Below are positions 14,001-22,702 of a stretch of 64,000 nt of DNA, one piece after another (positions within the stretch are counted from its first letter, which is position 1; every line of letters starts with the position of its first letter). The position numbers were made by a program, and so were the translations under genes. The stretch lies in sequence record ON529851.1. One strand, written 5' to 3'. The notes under the pieces were generated by a model. It did no database searches, was not told the DNA's origin, and was given only the letters and a program-made list of their open reading frames with translations.

Positions 14001-17000
14001 TGTAAGCCTGCGGACCGCCGTAGCTGGACCCGCCGCCGGCGCCGCCGGCGGTGGCCGCCGCCAGATTGAGCCCCGCCGCGCCGCCGTAGTAGCCGCCGCC
14101 GCCGCCGGGGCCAGCGGCCGCCGCCGCCGCCGTATCAGCGGTCGACCCGTCCGGGTAGCCGTGGCCGCCGTAAAGGTAGGCTCCGGTCGAGATCGAGGTC
14201 GGCAGCCGCGTGCGCACCAATCCGCCGCGATAATCCCGTCCGCCGCCGCCGATCGTGTTCGACGGGCCAACGCCGGTCACACCAATGCGGGCGCCGCCTG
14301 CACCGCCATCGCCGGGGACGGCGGCCGAATACCAGCTATTGCCGCCGCCGCCGCCGGCCGCCACCAATTGCAGGACGCCGTTGACCCAGACGCGCGAGGA
14401 ACCGCCGCCCGACCCCGCCAGGTTGGTCCCGGCCGCCTCGTACTTGCCGCCGCGACCGCCATCAGGCCAGCCGCCCAGGCCTGCGGCCATGTCCGTCGGC
14501 GCCGGCGCGCCGCCGCCCGAGGCGACATCGACTTGAACGATGTCGCCGGGCTTGACCAGGAACTCCGCCTGGCTGAAGGCGCCGGCGCCCGCGACCCCAG
14601 GCGTCGTGACCGTCCCGCGCACTGCTCCCGAGCCGCCGCCGCCCCACAACTTGACCGTCAGGAGGCCGGCGGTGGTGACTTTGAACAACCGTTCGGAACG
14701 GATGCAGTCGAGCGCGGTCTTGCCCGTGGGCAGATCGAGCGGGATCAGATAGTTGAGAACGGCGAGGCCGTCGCCGCCTGGCGCGGGATTCTGGGCCAGG
14801 GTGGTGGTGCCGCCGGACCCGAGCGAGGTGCCCGCGACAAATCCAGGGACGCCGGTCCCGCCCAGCCCGACGACGCCTGAGCCGTTCGCGGGGATCAGGT
14901 GGGAGCCGCCGCCGGCCGATCCCGCGATGCCTGCGGTGTTCGCCGTGCCGGAACCGCCGCCATAGTAGCCGCCGCCGCCGCCCGGTCCGGTCGTCAGGCC
15001 GTTGCCCAAGGAGCCCGTGCTGTAGCGGGCGTTGTTGACCCGGAAGCCGTTGCCGCCCCGGAGATAGCCGCCGCTGTAGGAGGCGTCGGCTGGGGCGGCG
15101 GTGTTGACGCCGCCTGCGGACTGCGTGCCGCCGGTGCCGTATTTCAGGTTGAGGTTGTTGGTGGGGCCGCCGTTGGCGCCGCCGCCCGCGCCGCCGGCCT
15201 CGGCCACAGAGGACCCGCCGCCGCCGCCGCCGCCACCGCCGGCGACCATAATGAGGACGTCGTTTTTGTAGAGACGCGTCGAGCCGCCGCCACCGCCCCA
15301 GCCGACCGCGCCGGAGAGGCGCGCGCCGTCGCCGCCGTCAGGCCAGCCGCCCCGGCCGCCGCCGGTCGGGGAGAAGGCTTGACCCCCTTGGCCGACCTCG
15401 ACTCGCAGGCTGTCGCCAGGGACGACGTCCACGGGCGCACTGACGTACCCGCCGGTGCCGCCAGCGCGGAACGTGCCGACCGTGGGTCCGGCGCCGCCGC
15501 CGCCCCACAGATTGACGTTGATCGTGCCCTTCTGGGTGATCGTGATCGTGCGCGCCGTCGCCGTATGGCTGAAGACGTTGGTGCCCTGGACCAGAGTGGT
15601 CGGCTCAAGCGGGGTCGCCGGAGGGGTCTCATCGAACCGGATGAAGACCTGGCCGTCGCCGCCCATGGTGACCCAGGGCTGCGTGAGGACGGCGGACGCA
15701 CTGGCGGGGCGCGCGACGCCCGTGACGTATTCAGGCAGGTCCGCGCCGGGCGGCGTGACCGTGAGGCTGGCCGTCGCATTGGTGCTGTTCTCAGGCGCCA
15801 GCGAGGAACCGCCGCCGCCGCCGCCGGCGACCGTGACAGCACCGGCGACCGAATCGCAGCCGCCGCCGCCGCCGTAGTAGCCGCCGCCGCCGCCAGGCCC
15901 CATCCCCTCGCCGACGGACTCCGGCGACCCGCCGGTCGGATAGCCGTTGCCGCCCTGGAGGTAGCCGCCGGTGTAGGAAGTGTCGGCCGGGTAGGCCTTG
16001 TTGGTGCCGCCCGCCGTCTGCGTTCCGCCCCGCCCATTGGCGAGGTTGCCGTTGTTGTTCGGGCTGCCCTCTCCGCCCGTCTCGCCGCCGCCGCCGCCGC
16101 CCGTCGCCGTATTGAGACCGGCGCCGGCCGCGCCCGCGCCGCCGGCGACCGCCAGCAGACTGCTGTTGAAGTAAATCCGCGTCGAGCCGCCGCCGCCGCC
16201 CCAACCGATCGCCGTGGAGCCCATGGCGCCGTTGCCGCCGTCGGGCCAGCCGCCCAGACCGCCCGCCGTGGGGGTCGGACCTCGCCCGCCTTGCGCAACC
16301 TGGAAGCTGAAGGTGTCGCCCGGCACGACGTCGCGGGTGAACGAAACCATGCCGCCCGCGCCGCCGTTGGCGAGCGTACCCGTGCCCGCCACGCCGCCCG
16401 CACCCGCGCCCCAGGCGCGGATCGTCACCTTGCCAGGCTTGGTGGCGGTCCAGGTCTGAACCTCGGCGCCCGAGTAGAGGCGCGTACGTTCAGGCGCAAC
16501 GGTCTGCTTGGCGACAAGCGCCAACACCGCCAGACCGTCGCCGCCATTCGTCGTGGTGGCGAGGTTCGTGGTGCCGTAGCCGCTGGATGCAACGCCCGCA
16601 ATGTAGTCAGGGTCCGTGGCGTTTGGGGCGCCGTTAGAGCCAGAGGTGGAGGCGGCGCCGGTCTCCGTGCCGCCCACCTTGCCGTTGTTCCAGCGCAGCG
16701 TATAGCCGTCGTATCCGGGATGGACGTAGCTGGAGCCGCCGGCGGACCCCGAGCCGGAGCCGCCGGAGCCGCCGCCGTAATAACCGCCGCCGCCGCCGCC
16801 GCCGTTGCGGGTGTCAGCGGTGGTCCGATCCTGCCCCTCGCCGTAGCCGTGCCCGCCGCGCAGCAGCCCGCCCGTGGCGACCGCGTCGCCGTAGCGGCCG
16901 ACCGCGAATCCGCCCGCCGCCTGGGAGCCGCCTGCGCCGTAGTTGGCGCCGCCGCCATACTCGCCGTAGTAGTAGCCGCCGGAGCCGCTGAAAGACGCGC

Positions 17001-19185
17001 CGCCGACGCCGCCGCCCGCGCCCGCGACCGCCACAAGCACGTCGTTGATGTAGATGCGCGTCGAACCGCCGCCGCCGCCGCCGCAATAGGACGTCGAGGC
17101 GTAACCGCCGTGGCCGCCGTCGGGCCAGCCGCCGAGGCCGCCTTCAGTGATCACCGAGGGCTTGCGCCCGCCTTGGCCCACTTCGACCTTGACGGTGTCG
17201 CCGGCCTTGACCGGGATCGCGACGTGCGTGAAGCCGCCCGCGCCGGCATAGCGGGTGCCCGAGGTGCTGTAGCCGCCCGCGCCGCCCGCGCCCCAAAGCT
17301 TGGCTTCCAGGAGAGAATCCTGAGCGACCGTGTATTCCTTGGCGGCCCCTTGGAAGGCGAGGGTGGTCTTGCCGGACGGCAACTCAGGCGTGGGCGGCGG
17401 CGGCTCGACGCTCAGGATCGCGAGGCCGTTGCCGCCGGGGGCCGCCTGGTTCGTGGGCGCGCTCTGCGGTGAGCCGATCGCCACGCCAGCGACGTAATCC
17501 GGGTCCGACGTCGACGGCGGGGTGGGTCCCGTGCCTTTGGTCAGAACCGCGAGATCAACGGTGGGATGCGTGTAGGACGAGCCGCCGCCCGCGCCGGAAG
17601 AGTTGGTGGACGCCAGGCCCGACGACCCGCCGCCGCCGTAATAGCCGCCGCCGCCGCCCGCGCCCACGTTGCCGCTGGAGTTGGAGGTCGTGACCGGATA
17701 GGAGACGCCGCCGCCCGAACCGCCTTTCAGGTATCCGCCCGAAGACTGGGCGTCGGTCGTGCGTTGCAGGTTGACGCCGCCCGCGCTCTGCGAGCCGCCG
17801 GTGCCGCGCCAGGCGCCGTTCGCCTCGCCGTCGGAGGCGACCAAGCCGCCGCCCGCGCCGCCGTAGCCTCGCGACGACGTCGAATTTTCATTGACGCTGC
17901 CGCCGCCGCCGCCGCCGGCCACGGCGATCAGGGCGCCGTTGCGATACAGGCGCGTCGAGCCGCCGCCGGAGCCTGCGGAGCGGACGTCCTGCTGGAAGCC
18001 GCCGCGCCCGCCGTCGGGCCAGCCGCCGTTGCCTGCGCCAGAGCCGATGGCGCCGTTATTGGAGCCGCCCGAAGCGACTTCCAGGGTCAGGATGTCGCCA
18101 GCGCTGAAGCGCGCTACGCCCGAGACGAAGCCGCCGGGACCGCCGTAAGAGGCTTCGCGCGAAGCGATGACGGAGCCGCCTGACCCGCCGCCGCCCCACA
18201 GCTTGAAGGCGATCTGACAATCCTGCGGGATTTCGTAGGTCTTGGCCGAGCCCGTGTAGGGCATGGCGTGCTTGTTGCCCGGCTCGAAGCTGGGCGGAGC
18301 AGGCGGTGCGCCCAGTTCCAGGACCGCCAGACCGTGGCCGGCGGGGAGCGCCATGACGCCCGTGGAGCCGTTGTCGGCCCCGACCGCGATGCCGGCTTCG
18401 TAGTCGGGGTCGTCCTGCTTCGGCGGCGTTTTACCGACGCCGCCGATGTTGGCGGGGGCTTCGACCGTGGGGGCGAGATAGGACGAGCCGCCACCGGCGC
18501 CCGACGAGAGGTTGGTGGTCCACTGACCGGAGCCGCCGCCGCCGCCGTAGTAGCCCCCACCGCCGCCGCCGCCGTTCTTGTTGTCGCCGTTGGCGAAGAA
18601 GCCGGAGCCGCCCTTGCGCGCCGCGCCCTGCTTGGCGGCGTTGTTGGCCGGGTTGGAGAACCCTCCCGCCGACTGTGTGCCGCCCAGGCCTGCCCAACCC
18701 GCTGTGCCGAAGCCGTCTTGTCCCACGAGACCGCCGCCGGCGCCGGAGTAACCCAGGGCCACCGTAGTGCCGGTTTCATTGTGGTTGGCGCCGCCGCCGC
18801 CGCCCGCGATCGCCACCAGGACGTCGTTGATGTAGAGGCGCGTCGAGCCGCCGCCGCCGCCTGCGGCGCGAATGGTGAAGGCGTAGCCCCCTTCGCCGCC
18901 GTCAGGCCAGCCGCCCGGAGAAACCGCAGCCCCCGTCAGCGGATCGGTCTTGCCGCCGCCCCCGACCTCGACCTTGACGACGTCGCCGGCCGCGACAAGA
19001 ATCAGGCCCGACACCCAGCCGCCGGCGCCGCCGTAGCCGACGCGGGGGGCGATGTTCGAGGCGTTCGAGCCGCCGCCGCCGCCGCCCCACAGCTTGAAGG
19101 TCAGCGCGCCAGCCGAAGCGGCGGTGAAGGTCTGGGCGGCGCCGGTGAAGCTGACCTTGGTTTTGCCGGTGGTAAGATCAGCCAT
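11041..19185 (-). CDS. Giant glycine-rich fibre/filament protein (2714 aa) with 7 tandem Gly-rich domains
   Basis: Seven xxWG(G/A)G(G/A)xG-initiated ~295-aa repeats with GGWPDGG and GGGGYYGGG motifs; SD GAGG. Confidence 0.85.
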   Translation of the reverse strand: MADLTTGKTKVSFTGAAQTFTAASAGALTFKLWGGGGGGSNASNIAPRVGYGGAGGWVSGLILVAAGDVVKVEVGGGGKTDPLTGAAVSPGGWPDGGEGGYAFTIRAAGGGGGSTRLYINDVLVAIAGGGGGANHNETGTTVALGYSGAGGGLVGQDGFGTAGWAGLGGTQSAGGFSNPANNAAKQGAARKGGSGFFANGDNKNGGGGGGGYYGGGGGSGQWTTNLSSGAGGGSSYLAPTVEAPANIGGVGKTPPKQDDPDYEAGIAVGADNGSTGVMALPAGHGLAVLELGAPPAPPSFEPGNKHAMPYTGSAKTYEIPQDCQIAFKLWGGGGSGGSVIASREASYGGPGGFVSGVARFSAGDILTLEVASGGSNNGAIGSGAGNGGWPDGGRGGFQQDVRSAGSGGGSTRLYRNGALIAVAGGGGGGSVNENSTSSRGYGGAGGGLVASDGEANGAWRGTGGSQSAGGVNLQRTTDAQSSGGYLKGGSGGGVSYPVTTSNSSGNVGAGGGGGYYGGGGSSGLASTNSSGAGGGSSYTHPTVDLAVLTKGTGPTPPSTSDPDYVAGVAIGSPQSAPTNQAAPGGNGLAILSVEPPPPTPELPSGKTTLAFQGAAKEYTVAQDSLLEAKLWGAGGAGGYSTSGTRYAGAGGFTHVAIPVKAGDTVKVEVGQGGRKPSVITEGGLGGWPDGGHGGYASTSYCGGGGGGSTRIYINDVLVAVAGAGGGVGGASFSGSGGYYYGEYGGGANYGAGGSQAAGGFAVGRYGDAVATGGLLRGGHGYGEGQDRTTADTRNGGGGGGGYYGGGSGGSGSGSAGGSSYVHPGYDGYTLRWNNGKVGGTETGAASTSGSNGAPNATDPDYIAGVASSGYGTTNLATTTNGGDGLAVLALVAKQTVAPERTRLYSGAEVQTWTATKPGKVTIRAWGAGAGGVAGTGTLANGGAGGMVSFTRDVVPGDTFSFQVAQGGRGPTPTAGGLGGWPDGGNGAMGSTAIGWGGGGGSTRIYFNSSLLAVAGGAGAAGAGLNTATGGGGGGETGGEGSPNNNGNLANGRGGTQTAGGTNKAYPADTSYTGGYLQGGNGYPTGGSPESVGEGMGPGGGGGYYGGGGGCDSVAGAVTVAGGGGGGSSLAPENSTNATASLTVTPPGADLPEYVTGVARPASASAVLTQPWVTMGGDGQVFIRFDETPPATPLEPTTLVQGTNVFSHTATARTITITQKGTINVNLWGGGGAGPTVGTFRAGGTGGYVSAPVDVVPGDSLRVEVGQGGQAFSPTGGGRGGWPDGGDGARLSGAVGWGGGGGSTRLYKNDVLIMVAGGGGGGGGGSSVAEAGGAGGGANGGPTNNLNLKYGTGGTQSAGGVNTAAPADASYSGGYLRGGNGFRVNNARYSTGSLGNGLTTGPGGGGGYYGGGSGTANTAGIAGSAGGGSHLIPANGSGVVGLGGTGVPGFVAGTSLGSGGTTTLAQNPAPGGDGLAVLNYLIPLDLPTGKTALDCIRSERLFKVTTAGLLTVKLWGGGGSGAVRGTVTTPGVAGAGAFSQAEFLVKPGDIVQVDVASGGGAPAPTDMAAGLGGWPDGGRGGKYEAAGTNLAGSGGGSSRVWVNGVLQLVAAGGGGGNSWYSAAVPGDGGAGGARIGVTGVGPSNTIGGGGRDYRGGLVRTRLPTSISTGAYLYGGHGYPDGSTADTAAAAAAGPGGGGGYYGGAAGLNLAAATAGGAGGGSSYGGPQAYNHRLESGAGRNPPRQNDVDYVAGVGVGGAQALKATILPGGDGRAVMEFAPGAALAPLTLGETLLPGDRQGSRDYITTFEGGVNLTLWGGGGSASQLVNNTIARTSLGGAGGLLSGVVLFQSGDHLRFEVGQGGATPRDFMGAYGGWPDGGGGGAGSYAMGAGGGSTRVWRNGVLVAIAGGGGGGAGVAARPGGFGGGLSGGAGLGGTVYAGAGGSQTAGGVGATNTGGNGNGAYLRGGDGFPLEASEGGAGGSGGVASGAGGGGGYYGGGGAAGNNGTASGAAGGGSAFLGELLTDGVTQTSTTGTPAGTDHPSYLPGTAVGGTPNFFVEPAFAGGPGLAALSVFEGGLSIPALVNITSIGTVQVTSTVGAGEGSKAANASGSLPVVTVVPPVGAISMGAQGSGDLGETILMMDPQATAQGGIGAYLPTIYVSGDLGGQPQTDAVVVTGLGEDLYYPFPPTVDLEAGANIKLEETLAVTLQPMNYILGAGFELFDPLEISLSPIAGDMGVADMWVGEIDSIISLTPPDGFAEGSAGWKPTPGQQFIWIVRTEAPQGELRGPNETASVDFGGPIQITTLDGLGELPVTYTTAPFDNDISIAFAVGDATGAANAIVSNGQAGGPFATIRVGMSGDPLIEVTASVSRDLGLILVGTPQAAFSRNALVRINYFDRIYVNPPRGFAAELTAAVVDGDLSDSVILVSPPESEGSGGTSATGALPTLYLQPPEGYVEDGDGVLVSGSGGVVIRYKRTLVQGNVPVALEPLEIALNETDGLLFATDQSGTMQSRPLGRIARGGVAPEGGAPGDILYADGTWRSPAPVYDAPVLLPARAGDHYLTDCGLDASADQPPVGKVVYRPFFLPRQTRFSRFGVTTAVASAGTIRFGVCQWDPATQTPGDVALSVQVSAAGAVGPKPVEQAVTLSAGWHAAMIAVTGVAPVLTTRRVPQSRASDMALVGDLSAPDTGNLLDAPAPSAREALAVAYVWATA

Positions 19186-19350
19186 CAGCAAGCCTCAGAC
19201 GCAGAAAGGCGCCCGGCGACGAACGCCGGGCGCGAAAAGGTTTGGAAAGAGCGGGGGAGACGCGCCGTCACAGCAGACCAAAGGTGAACCGAAGCCCGTC
19301 TTGTAGCACAAGACGGGCTCGATTGCCAGGAATTACGGCAGCGACTGCTG

Positions 19351-19764
19351 TTAGTTCTGGAAGCGCAGGGGCGCCGAGAAGGTCACAGCGAACGAGGCGT
19401 TCGTCGACGAGATTTCCTGGTTGAAATCGACGTAGGCGACCAGCGGGTTGGCTGCGGCGGCGCCGGCGGCGAAGTAGATCACCGCGCCGCGCGCCGTCAC
19501 CGTGGCGTTGGACCAGGCGACGTTGGAGAAGGACAGGTCGACGCGATTGCTGACGTTGTCCTTGGAGACCGTCACGGTGGTGCCCTGTCCGCCGGCGGTG
19601 TAGCCGGTGCCGGTCACCTCATTGGTGACGTCCGTCATGCGCGTGTGCGATTTCACGGCATTGTATCCCGAGCCGACCAACGCGACTTTGAAGCCGGTGA
19701 CGTCGAATTCAAGGTCCCCTTTGCAGAGGTCCTCGATCATGGAGTTGTAAACGAGAGAGGCCAT
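19351..19764 (-). CDS. Phage structural protein (137 aa)
   Basis: FKVALV...Y...GYTAGG...F.NVAW.NAT.TARGAVIY pattern of phage virion proteins. Confidence 0.8.
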   Translation of the reverse strand: MASLVYNSMIEDLCKGDLEFDVTGFKVALVGSGYNAVKSHTRMTDVTNEVTGTGYTAGGQGTTVTVSKDNVSNRVDLSFSNVAWSNATVTARGAVIYFAAGAAAANPLVAYVDFNQEISSTNASFAVTFSAPLRFQN

Positions 19765-19816
19765 GGGGTTTCTGTCTCCTAGAGGCCGTTAAAGTTGAGT
19801 TCCGACCGGCCCCCGG

Positions 19817-20506
19817 TCAGAAAGTTCCGCCGTCAATCTTGACGTTGGTGAGGGTCACGCCATCCAGGATTCCACCGGTGACGTTGATGTTGTCGGCGTC
19901 CTGAAGCGCCATGGTGCCCAGGTCGCCTGGGGCGCCCGAGCCGGACCCGACGCCGGTCGTGCCGATGTAGCGGTAGGCCTCGAAGTAGACGCCGTGGCTG
20001 GCGACCGAGACCGCGCCGGTCCCGATCGTGGCGGTCTTGCCCGCCGGGATCGTGCCGGTGAAAATCAGGACGCCGGCGGCGTAGTCGAACACCCACTCTT
20101 CATCGGTGGTGTCCGGGAAGATGCGGGCCGCCGGGCCGACGTTGGGGTCGCCGATGAAGACCTTGACCGCGTAGCCGGAGCCGAAGGTCGGGGCGATGAA
20201 GTTGATCGCCCGCGAAGCGATGTCGCCGTGGGCGGTGGTCGCCAGCCAGGCCACGTTCGCCGGCGAGGTCGGATCAGCCGTGGCGCGGATGCGCTGGGCG
20301 CCGGCGTATTCCTGGATGAAGGCGTTCGCGACCGGCGTGGCCGGGATGTCGTCGCCCTGCTGCCACACTGTCGACGGCAGCACCGGGGACGGTGAGGCGA
20401 TCGTCTCGTTCGAGCCGAACTTGAGCGCCGCGCCGGCCGTCTTGGTGACGCCGAAGATGATCTTCTTCCAGAGGAAGTCGATCTTTTCGCTGTCGAGAAT
20501 CGCCAT
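19817..20506 (-). CDS. Virion structural protein (229 aa)
   Basis: N-terminal ~190 aa paralogous to the N terminus of 20519-22690. Confidence 0.8.
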   Translation of the reverse strand: MAILDSEKIDFLWKKIIFGVTKTAGAALKFGSNETIASPSPVLPSTVWQQGDDIPATPVANAFIQEYAGAQRIRATADPTSPANVAWLATTAHGDIASRAINFIAPTFGSGYAVKVFIGDPNVGPAARIFPDTTDEEWVFDYAAGVLIFTGTIPAGKTATIGTGAVSVASHGVYFEAYRYIGTTGVGSGSGAPGDLGTMALQDADNINVTGGILDGVTLTNVKIDGGTF

Positions 20507-20518
20507 CGTCCGCGCGCC

Positions 20519-22690
20519 TTAGTTCGTGAACGACAGCGCGGTGATGGACTGCCCCGCGTTCAGGCGGAAGCGGACGAGGATTTCGTTGCCCGTGGCGTTC
20601 GTCGACGATTGCGTGCCGAAGGTGATCTGGAACGCGCCCGTCCCGCCGGTCATGACCGATCCCAGGGCGCAGCCCGCGTCCGTATCGCCGGCTTCGCCGG
20701 GGACGCCGGCGCCGTCGTAGGGCTTGAAGGCGTTCCACCAGCCGTTCGGTGCGTTCGGTGCGCTGTCCGAAGCGCCGGGCAGTTTGATGCGGCAGTCGGC
20801 GTAGGTGCCGGTGACGTTGATCTTGAAGGCCGACAAGGCCGCGCGGTTGAAGCTGAAGGTGGCGTACTGCTCGCCCGAGCGGCCGACCGACATGTTGGGG
20901 CCGGTAGGCAGGTAGGCGCTGTAATCGGTCTGGTCGTGCTTCAACACGCCGCCGACCACCAGGGCCTCATGGGTCGCCGGGGTGGGCGTGGAATCCCAGG
21001 TCGCGGCGGCGCCAGCGGGGGTCGGACCGGCGGCAAGCGACTTGCGCACGGCGGCGTTGCTGTTGGGTGCAGAGCCCAGGCCGCTGACCGGGACGGACAT
21101 CTCGTTGATGCGGCTTCCGGCAGCGCCGCGCTTGACCAGGATGTTCTTGGCCTGGATCGTCGTGGCGGCGGTCGCCCCGTTGACGTTGCGGGCCGTGGCC
21201 TGGAGAACGCCGACGTTGTGGACGTTCGTCCCGTCGATCGCCACGGTCGCCGGGGTGATGGCGACCGCCGCGACGTCGCCGCGCGCCATGGGCGTCGTGA
21301 TACCCAGAGCGGCGTAGCCCAGGGTGTCCGCCGAGATGATCCCGTTGGTGCCCGAGATCACCAGCGGGTCCGCGCCGCCGTAGTAGGTCTCGCCCGGAAC
21401 CAGATTGGCGAGCGTCAGCCCGACCGTCAGGGTCGCGTTGTCGCCGTAGTGCGGCACGCCCGAGGAATAGGCCAGCGTCCCGGCGGCGGCCTGGACGACC
21501 GTGCCGGCCGAGATGGTCGGGTTGCCGGCGCCGGCGTCGCGTACGAAGAAGACCTCATTGGTCTGGCCCGCGCCGGAGTGGGCGATGCGCGCCTTGTTGA
21601 CGCCGATCTGCGCCGCGAAGCCGGTCAGGCTGACGTCGATGGATTTCCAGAAGCCCGGCGTGGCGGCGGGGAAGTCTTTCTGATCGGCGATCGTCAGACC
21701 GTCGGTCGTGCCGTTGTCGGCCGTCCCCGTGAGGACCTTGGTGGCGACCACGGCGCCGTTGAGCGAGGCCGTGATGGAGCCCGCGTCGCCGGGACCGACG
21801 TCGCCGAACACGTTCGAGTTCACCCCGGCGGCGGTGATGCGCGTGACGGCGTCGCCCGCGACCAGGGTCGAGGCGGCGTGATCGGTCACGCCGGTCGCCA
21901 GGCGCGGAGAGTTTCCAGCGGCGTTCGCCACCGACAGGGCGCCGTTCGGGAACATCGGCGGCTGGCTGGGGACCAGCTTGCCCAGGACCTCGTTGAGGCG
22001 ATCCACGGCTTCCGACACCGGCGTGGCGTCGTCCAGAGGCACAGCGCCCGGCGTCCAGGACCCGTCGCCATGGGCGACGATGTCGCCCAGGGGCAGTTCA
22101 AAGCCGTCCGAGGCCCCCGACTTGGGGATGCCGCGCAGGCCTTGATACTGGTAGGCCTCCAGGTAGATGCCCGAGGTGGCGATGTCGACGGTGCCCGTGC
22201 CGATCGAGGCCGGCTTGGACGTCGGAATCGACGAGGCGAACAACAGGACGCCGGCGGCGTAGTCGAACACCCACTCTTCATTGGTGGTGTCAGGGAACAG
22301 GCGGGCGGCCGGACCCACGGCGGGATCGCCGATGTAGACGCGGGCGGCGTAGCTGGAGCCGAAGGTCGGCGGGATGAAGTCGGTCAGGCGCGTGTCGATG
22401 TCGCCCTGCGTCTCCGTCGCCAGCCAGGTCAGGTTCGGCGTCGAGGTGGGGTCGGTGGTGGCGGCGATGCGGGCCGCGCCCGAGCGCACCTTGACTTCGG
22501 CCGTGTCATCGGTCGGCGCGAAGGCCGGGATCAGGTCGGTCGCGCCCCAGATCGATTCCGGATAAACCGGCTGCGGCGACGGAATGGTTTCGTTGGAGCC
22601 GGCCTTGTCCGCCGCCTTGGCCGACTTGGTCGTGCCGAAGCCGATCTTCTTCCACAGAAGGTCCAGCTTCTCAGAGTCTACAATTGCCAT
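20519..22690 (-). CDS. Virion structural protein (723 aa)
   Basis: Long ORF; C-terminal ~520 aa paralogous to 22703-24745. Confidence 0.85.
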   Translation of the reverse strand: MAIVDSEKLDLLWKKIGFGTTKSAKAADKAGSNETIPSPQPVYPESIWGATDLIPAFAPTDDTAEVKVRSGAARIAATTDPTSTPNLTWLATETQGDIDTRLTDFIPPTFGSSYAARVYIGDPAVGPAARLFPDTTNEEWVFDYAAGVLLFASSIPTSKPASIGTGTVDIATSGIYLEAYQYQGLRGIPKSGASDGFELPLGDIVAHGDGSWTPGAVPLDDATPVSEAVDRLNEVLGKLVPSQPPMFPNGALSVANAAGNSPRLATGVTDHAASTLVAGDAVTRITAAGVNSNVFGDVGPGDAGSITASLNGAVVATKVLTGTADNGTTDGLTIADQKDFPAATPGFWKSIDVSLTGFAAQIGVNKARIAHSGAGQTNEVFFVRDAGAGNPTISAGTVVQAAAGTLAYSSGVPHYGDNATLTVGLTLANLVPGETYYGGADPLVISGTNGIISADTLGYAALGITTPMARGDVAAVAITPATVAIDGTNVHNVGVLQATARNVNGATAATTIQAKNILVKRGAAGSRINEMSVPVSGLGSAPNSNAAVRKSLAAGPTPAGAAATWDSTPTPATHEALVVGGVLKHDQTDYSAYLPTGPNMSVGRSGEQYATFSFNRAALSAFKINVTGTYADCRIKLPGASDSAPNAPNGWWNAFKPYDGAGVPGEAGDTDAGCALGSVMTGGTGAFQITFGTQSSTNATGNEILVRFRLNAGQSITALSFTN

Positions 22691-22702
22691 GCCAGGGCCG
22701 CC

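Noticed and set aside
13630-19287. Several long plus-strand Ala/Arg-rich ORFs (e.g. 14899-17472)
   Set aside because: Shadows of the GGC-repeat-rich giant gene.
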